Sequence record: MF319184.1
Origin: Mycobacterium phage GenevaB15
Strand: one strand, 5' to 3'
DNA: 24,000 nt
The translations under genes were made by a program, and so were the position numbers. The notes under the pieces are model-generated. The model was not told the origin of the DNA and made no database searches. It saw only the letters and a program-made list of their open reading frames with translations. This document shows, in pieces, positions 20,436 through 24,000 of this stretch. The stretch's first letter is position 1. Every line of letters starts with the position of its first letter.

Positions 20436-21821
20436 TGACTCGATGATCGCCCGCTTACGCTCCAGATCCAGCCCCAGCCAAACCTTTTCAAGATCGTCAT
20501 GACCAAGCAGCCCGTCGAACACGCGAGATCGTGTGAGGCGGGCTAGTTTGGCATCGATCTCTTCCAGCTTGACGTTCACCCGGTCGGTGGCGTCCTTCAC
20601 CTGAGCCGGTGTGAGGGTGCCGTCGGCCAGGGCCTCACCGAACGATGCCTTGCGTGCCCGCAGCGCCTCGGCCTCAGCGTGCAGACCCTTGGCCTGCTCC
20701 GCGTCGACCTGGGTGCCGACAATCCACTTGCGCTGCTCCAGCTTCGCCACCATGGACATCTCGACATACTTGTCGACCTTCTTACGCACACGGGTAACAC
20801 CGTGTTTGCAGACCTCGTAGCGCTTGCACTTGTAGATGGGCTCACCGTTGGAGTTCTTCCCGGCTGCCATCTTGTTGCCGCAGGCACCGCAGCGCACGAT
20901 CCCTGAGAGCAGCGTTGAACGCACCCGTGGACCCTTCTGGCCGGTGTTCTTCTGGTCGAGCACCGCACAGGCTGCCTCCCAGGTCTCCCGGTCAACGATG
21001 GGCTCCCAGGTGCCTTCACCGACGATCTCATCCCTGAAGGTCAGCAGGCCCGCATTGCGGGGGCTCCGCAGGATCTTGCCGACGACCGACCCGACGAACG
21101 CGTTGCCACGGGTGGTGCGCAGACCGGCGTCCGACCACTTCTTCGCGATGGAGTACAGGGTGCAACCCGCCAGCACGTCGGCGTACCCCTCACGGATCGC
21201 AGCAGCCTCCTCGGGCACGATCTGCGGGTCTCTGGGGTCATGGGTCCATCCGAACGCGGGAGCGCCCAGGCGACGGCCACTGTCAGCGATCTGCTCGTAG
21301 GCTCGCATCTGCCGCGCCGTCCTTACCTCGCCCTCGTTCTCCGAGACAGCGGCAAGGATCTTCGCTGTCATCCGACCGGCGTCGGTGGTGAGATCGATCA
21401 GGCCAGTCTGGCAGGTCTCGATGGGGATCCGCTTACCTGTCTTATTAACACCCTGGATCAGATCGATCAGGGGGAGCAGATCCTTCATCTTTCGGTACAG
21501 CCGGTCACTGCGCCACGTGATGATGCTGTCGATCCGACCATCGCGGATGTCGTCGCTCAGCGCATCGAAGCCCTCGCGCTTGACGTTCTCCTTGGTGGCG
21601 CTGCGGTCGTTGTCGATGTACTCAACAGGCACCCAGCCCAGACGCTCAGCCAGGGCCAGGCAGTCTTCGCGCTGGCGGTCGATGCCCAGCTCCTTGTCGG
21701 TGGACATGCGCAGGTAGACACCCACCCGCAGGGCCTCCTGCTGCGGGGTGTCGAGGTGTCGCTCGAGGGTTGCTGTCATAGGTGCCATCTTAGCAGGTTG
21801 GAGCTTGTATTTGAAGGGCAC
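20325..21821 (-). CDS. large serine recombinase / phage integrase
   Basis: VGVYLRMSTDKELGIDRQREDC catalytic N-terminus; recombinase domain; zinc ribbon RCGACGNKMAAG...YKCKRYEVC. True start may be 21788 or 21779. Confidence 0.95.
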   Translation of the reverse strand: MPFKYKLQPAKMAPMTATLERHLDTPQQEALRVGVYLRMSTDKELGIDRQREDCLALAERLGWVPVEYIDNDRSATKENVKREGFDALSDDIRDGRIDSIITWRSDRLYRKMKDLLPLIDLIQGVNKTGKRIPIETCQTGLIDLTTDAGRMTAKILAAVSENEGEVRTARQMRAYEQIADSGRRLGAPAFGWTHDPRDPQIVPEEAAAIREGYADVLAGCTLYSIAKKWSDAGLRTTRGNAFVGSVVGKILRSPRNAGLLTFRDEIVGEGTWEPIVDRETWEAACAVLDQKNTGQKGPRVRSTLLSGIVRCGACGNKMAAGKNSNGEPIYKCKRYEVCKHGVTRVRKKVDKYVEMSMVAKLEQRKWIVGTQVDAEQAKGLHAEAEALRARKASFGEALADGTLTPAQVKDATDRVNVKLEEIDAKLARLTRSRVFDGLLGHDDLEKVWLGLDLERKRAIIESLCDKIVIQHVGQTGRSAAKLPLGHAIKIHWHDPSND

Positions 21822-21861
21822 CGAAACAATATAGGAAGCCGAACTAACTAAATTTTGGCAA

Positions 21862-21905
21862 ATAAAAAAGGGGCCGGATGCAGCCCCTCGACTGCACCCG
21901 ACCCC
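21862..21905 (-). terminator. strong rho-independent terminator (minus strand)
   Basis: Minus strand GGGGTCGGGTGCAG-TCGAGGGG-CTGCATCCGGCCCC followed by TTTTTTATTT; 14-bp stem. Confidence 0.92.
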
Positions 21906-21911
21906 CTCTCT

Positions 21912-22205
21912 TTACTGACCCATCATCCTCAGGGCCTCGAGTTGACACTCGGTGGTACCGAAGCCCTCCATCGGCCAGCCCTTGATGTACCACTCGCCGT
22001 TGCGACGGCGTTCGTAGTGGGACACCCGGCCCGACGGCTGGAAGTGGATCTCCATCTGGTGGTGGTAGCCGTTGACATCCGGCTCTGGGCGCTCCCAGAC
22101 GATCTCACGCGTGTCCTTGGTGGTGCCGGTGTCGAACACCAGCTCCCAGCCCTTCACCAAGGCGTGCTCGCACACCAGGTCTGCGACTGTGTACTGGTTG
22201 CTCAT
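21912..22205 (-). CDS. hypothetical protein
   Basis: MSNQYTVADLVCEHALVKGWELVFDTG..., 97 aa. Confidence 0.7.
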   Translation of the reverse strand: MSNQYTVADLVCEHALVKGWELVFDTGTTKDTREIVWERPEPDVNGYHHQMEIHFQPSGRVSHYERRRNGEWYIKGWPMEGFGTTECQLEALRMMGQ

Positions 22206-22456
22206 GCGACCCTTCCTAGAACCTTGACGCGACGTGCGTCTGACATGTGCCACGAACCGCACTGGCAGCGGTAGGGGGCGATGGCGCTCGACGTAGCACC
22301 TTGGCTGCGGTGAGCGTTGATCCGTGCCGCCGCGTAGTTGGCGTCGGCCTCGGTGTGGTACGGGATCTTGTAAGCGTCGGGGCAGTTGTCCCGCTGGTGT
22401 GAGTACACGTGCCGGGGCATGTCCACCTGCGGGCACTTCAGCAGTGCGAGCGCCAT
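22202..22456 (-). CDS. small Cys/His protein
   Basis: MALALLKCPQVDMPRHVYSHQRDNCPDAYKIPYHTEADAN...YRCQCGSWHMS. Confidence 0.7.
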   Translation of the reverse strand: MALALLKCPQVDMPRHVYSHQRDNCPDAYKIPYHTEADANYAAARINAHRSQGATSSAIAPYRCQCGSWHMSDARRVKVLGRVA

Positions 22457-22977
22457 CAGGCACCCACCTCCATCGGCACCAGCTTCGGCTTCATGACCTT
22501 CTTCGGGGCACGCTTCTTCGCCGGGGTACGGGTGGTGGTTGACCGGCGAGCCCGCGTCCCCATGGTGAGCGCCAGCAGTGCCACGGTGGAGAACGTCACC
22601 GCCAGATCCACCACGAGCGGCCACAGCCAGGCCACCCACATGCTCATCCCGCCCTGCGTTGCGGCCAGCTGGATGAGGGACACGAAGGAAAGCACCAGAG
22701 AGCCGAACATCAGCGCGCCCATGACACCAAGCGTCACCTTGAAGTACCAGCCGACAATCTGGGTCTGCACCATCAGCGTCATGCCATGCATGGCCAGGCC
22801 CGCGAACACGGGCGGCACGATGGCCATCGACGCGGCGATCCACGGGATCGCGGTGGGGTTGTCGCTGAACAGGGCGTGTGCCATGTTGCCCACGATGGAC
22901 ACAAGGCTGGCTCCGATCAGCCACCTCCAGTAGAAGTCGACTGCTTCCTGCTTGTACTGCGCGAGTGTTGTTGCCAC
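22456..22977 (-). CDS. DUF2637-like membrane protein
   Basis: Four predicted TM segments, WLWPLVVDLAVTFSTVALLAL typical; basic C-terminus. Confidence 0.8.
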   Translation of the reverse strand: MATTLAQYKQEAVDFYWRWLIGASLVSIVGNMAHALFSDNPTAIPWIAASMAIVPPVFAGLAMHGMTLMVQTQIVGWYFKVTLGVMGALMFGSLVLSFVSLIQLAATQGGMSMWVAWLWPLVVDLAVTFSTVALLALTMGTRARRSTTTRTPAKKRAPKKVMKPKLVPMEVGA

Positions 22978-23010
22978 TCTGGTGCTTCCCTTCTGTTAGT
23001 CGACCTGCCG

Positions 23011-23949
23011 TTACAGGTCGAGCGTCTTGGTGGAGATGTGCGGCAGCTCATCGAGAACACGCGGGGGGTTCTTGATGCCCTTCGCGAGGCGCATCGGCTC
23101 GTTGTTGCAGAACTTGTTGAAAGCCGTTGCGTAGATGTAGTACTCACCCATCAGGGCAGTGGACTGTCCACCACCGTTGGGGCGACTCAGCGGCTGCCCG
23201 TTCAACATGCGACGGTGCAGCGACTGCAGAACCGAGATCCGTTCGGGCGAAAGGGTCGCCAGCTTCTCGGCGTCCATCAGCGAGCCCTGGGCTGCGCCCA
23301 TGAAGAACTCCCGCACCGTGTCGGCGTCGGCACCGCTGCGCGTCATGTGGATGGCCAGCGCCGCCACAGGGGAGGGCGAGACACCACGCAGGCGTGACCG
23401 GTACTGCGTCGGGATCTGTGGGGATTCCTGGGCCACACGGTGACCCCACGCGGCCCACTGCGTCAGCTCCTCGGCGTGAGCTTCGACGTAGTCAGCGATG
23501 GTTGCGCGGCCACCACTGGCGACCGGCTCCAGGGCCAGGGTGTGCTGGGCCAGAATCGTTGCGGTGCCGATCACCACGTTGTGGTGGATCACGCTGAGGC
23601 CCCGCATGCGCAGGATGTCGATCACCGACCGGGGGCGACCCTGATCGATGCTCGAGACCACATCCTCATCGAGCCCGAACACCACGAGCATGGGCACGGT
23701 GGCGTCGGCTTCGATCACCGCGTTGAGGCGGTGCTGACCGTCGAGCAGCGTGCCTTCCTTGGAGATGCGGATCGTGTCGCCGTTGTACTGGAAGCGGCCC
23801 GCCTGGATGGCGCTGGACAACATCTGAACGTGCTTGGTGTTCAGTGGGCGGTTGCCCTTGTTGCCTTCGAGCCACGCGGAGGCGAGCGCCGGGTTCACGT
23901 CAACACGGCTGGCGTTGGGCACGGTGGGGGCGTCGAGGATTGCGGTCAT
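23011..23949 (-). CDS. ParB-like nuclease-domain protein
   Basis: NRPLNTKHVQMLSSAIQAGRFQYNGDTIRISKEGTLLDGQHRLNAVIEADATVPMLVVFGLD. Confidence 0.85.
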   Translation of the reverse strand: MTAILDAPTVPNASRVDVNPALASAWLEGNKGNRPLNTKHVQMLSSAIQAGRFQYNGDTIRISKEGTLLDGQHRLNAVIEADATVPMLVVFGLDEDVVSSIDQGRPRSVIDILRMRGLSVIHHNVVIGTATILAQHTLALEPVASGGRATIADYVEAHAEELTQWAAWGHRVAQESPQIPTQYRSRLRGVSPSPVAALAIHMTRSGADADTVREFFMGAAQGSLMDAEKLATLSPERISVLQSLHRRMLNGQPLSRPNGGGQSTALMGEYYIYATAFNKFCNNEPMRLAKGIKNPPRVLDELPHISTKTLDL

Positions 23950-24000
23950 TTCTTTCCCTTTTCTTTCGTGATGTTGACCAGCGTCTTGCTGGTCCTGTGA

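Noticed and set aside
1-24000. CRISPR array.
   Set aside because: No regularly spaced direct repeats with unique spacers; repeated T-arm motifs (GGTTCGANTCC) come from tRNAs.

Overview
The window looks like the early/right-arm part of a large, high-GC temperate actinobacteriophage. Left part (1-7.8 kb): a tightly packed rightward operon of small ORFs with ATGA/GTGA overlaps. It includes a WhiB-like protein, a predicted dATP/dGTP (MazG-like, DUF5664-type) pyrophosphohydrolase, a DnaQ/PolB-like 3'-5' exonuclease, an HNH-like NUMOD-type protein and an HNH endonuclease. Centre (about 8.0-13.3 kb): a mostly non-coding RNA block holding a tmRNA (decoded tag AAFVAADYAVGA) and about 24-27 tRNA or tRNA-like genes, which by anticodon cover all 20 amino acids. 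It also has a roughly 0.8 kb protein-poor, hairpin-rich stretch that is a candidate giant ornate ncRNA. The most unusual object found is at 8847-8925: a tRNA 3' half lying directly upstream of its own 5' half, separated by 6 nt. The acceptor strands (7 bp) and anticodon-stem strands (5 bp) are complementary, which is the layout of a circularly permuted tRNA gene. The same genome carries an RtcB RNA ligase with the expected motifs at 14041-15282. Right part (13.3-24 kb): lipoprotein, RtcB, dual-specificity phosphatase, SLOG-like (DUF2493/YspA-like) protein, metallophosphoesterase, then a leftward module with a large serine integrase, a DUF2637-like membrane protein and a ParB-like protein. A 12-mer TCCTGTAATCRC occurs five times in short intergenic gaps. 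All assignments come from reading the sequence and motifs; no database search or folding program was run.
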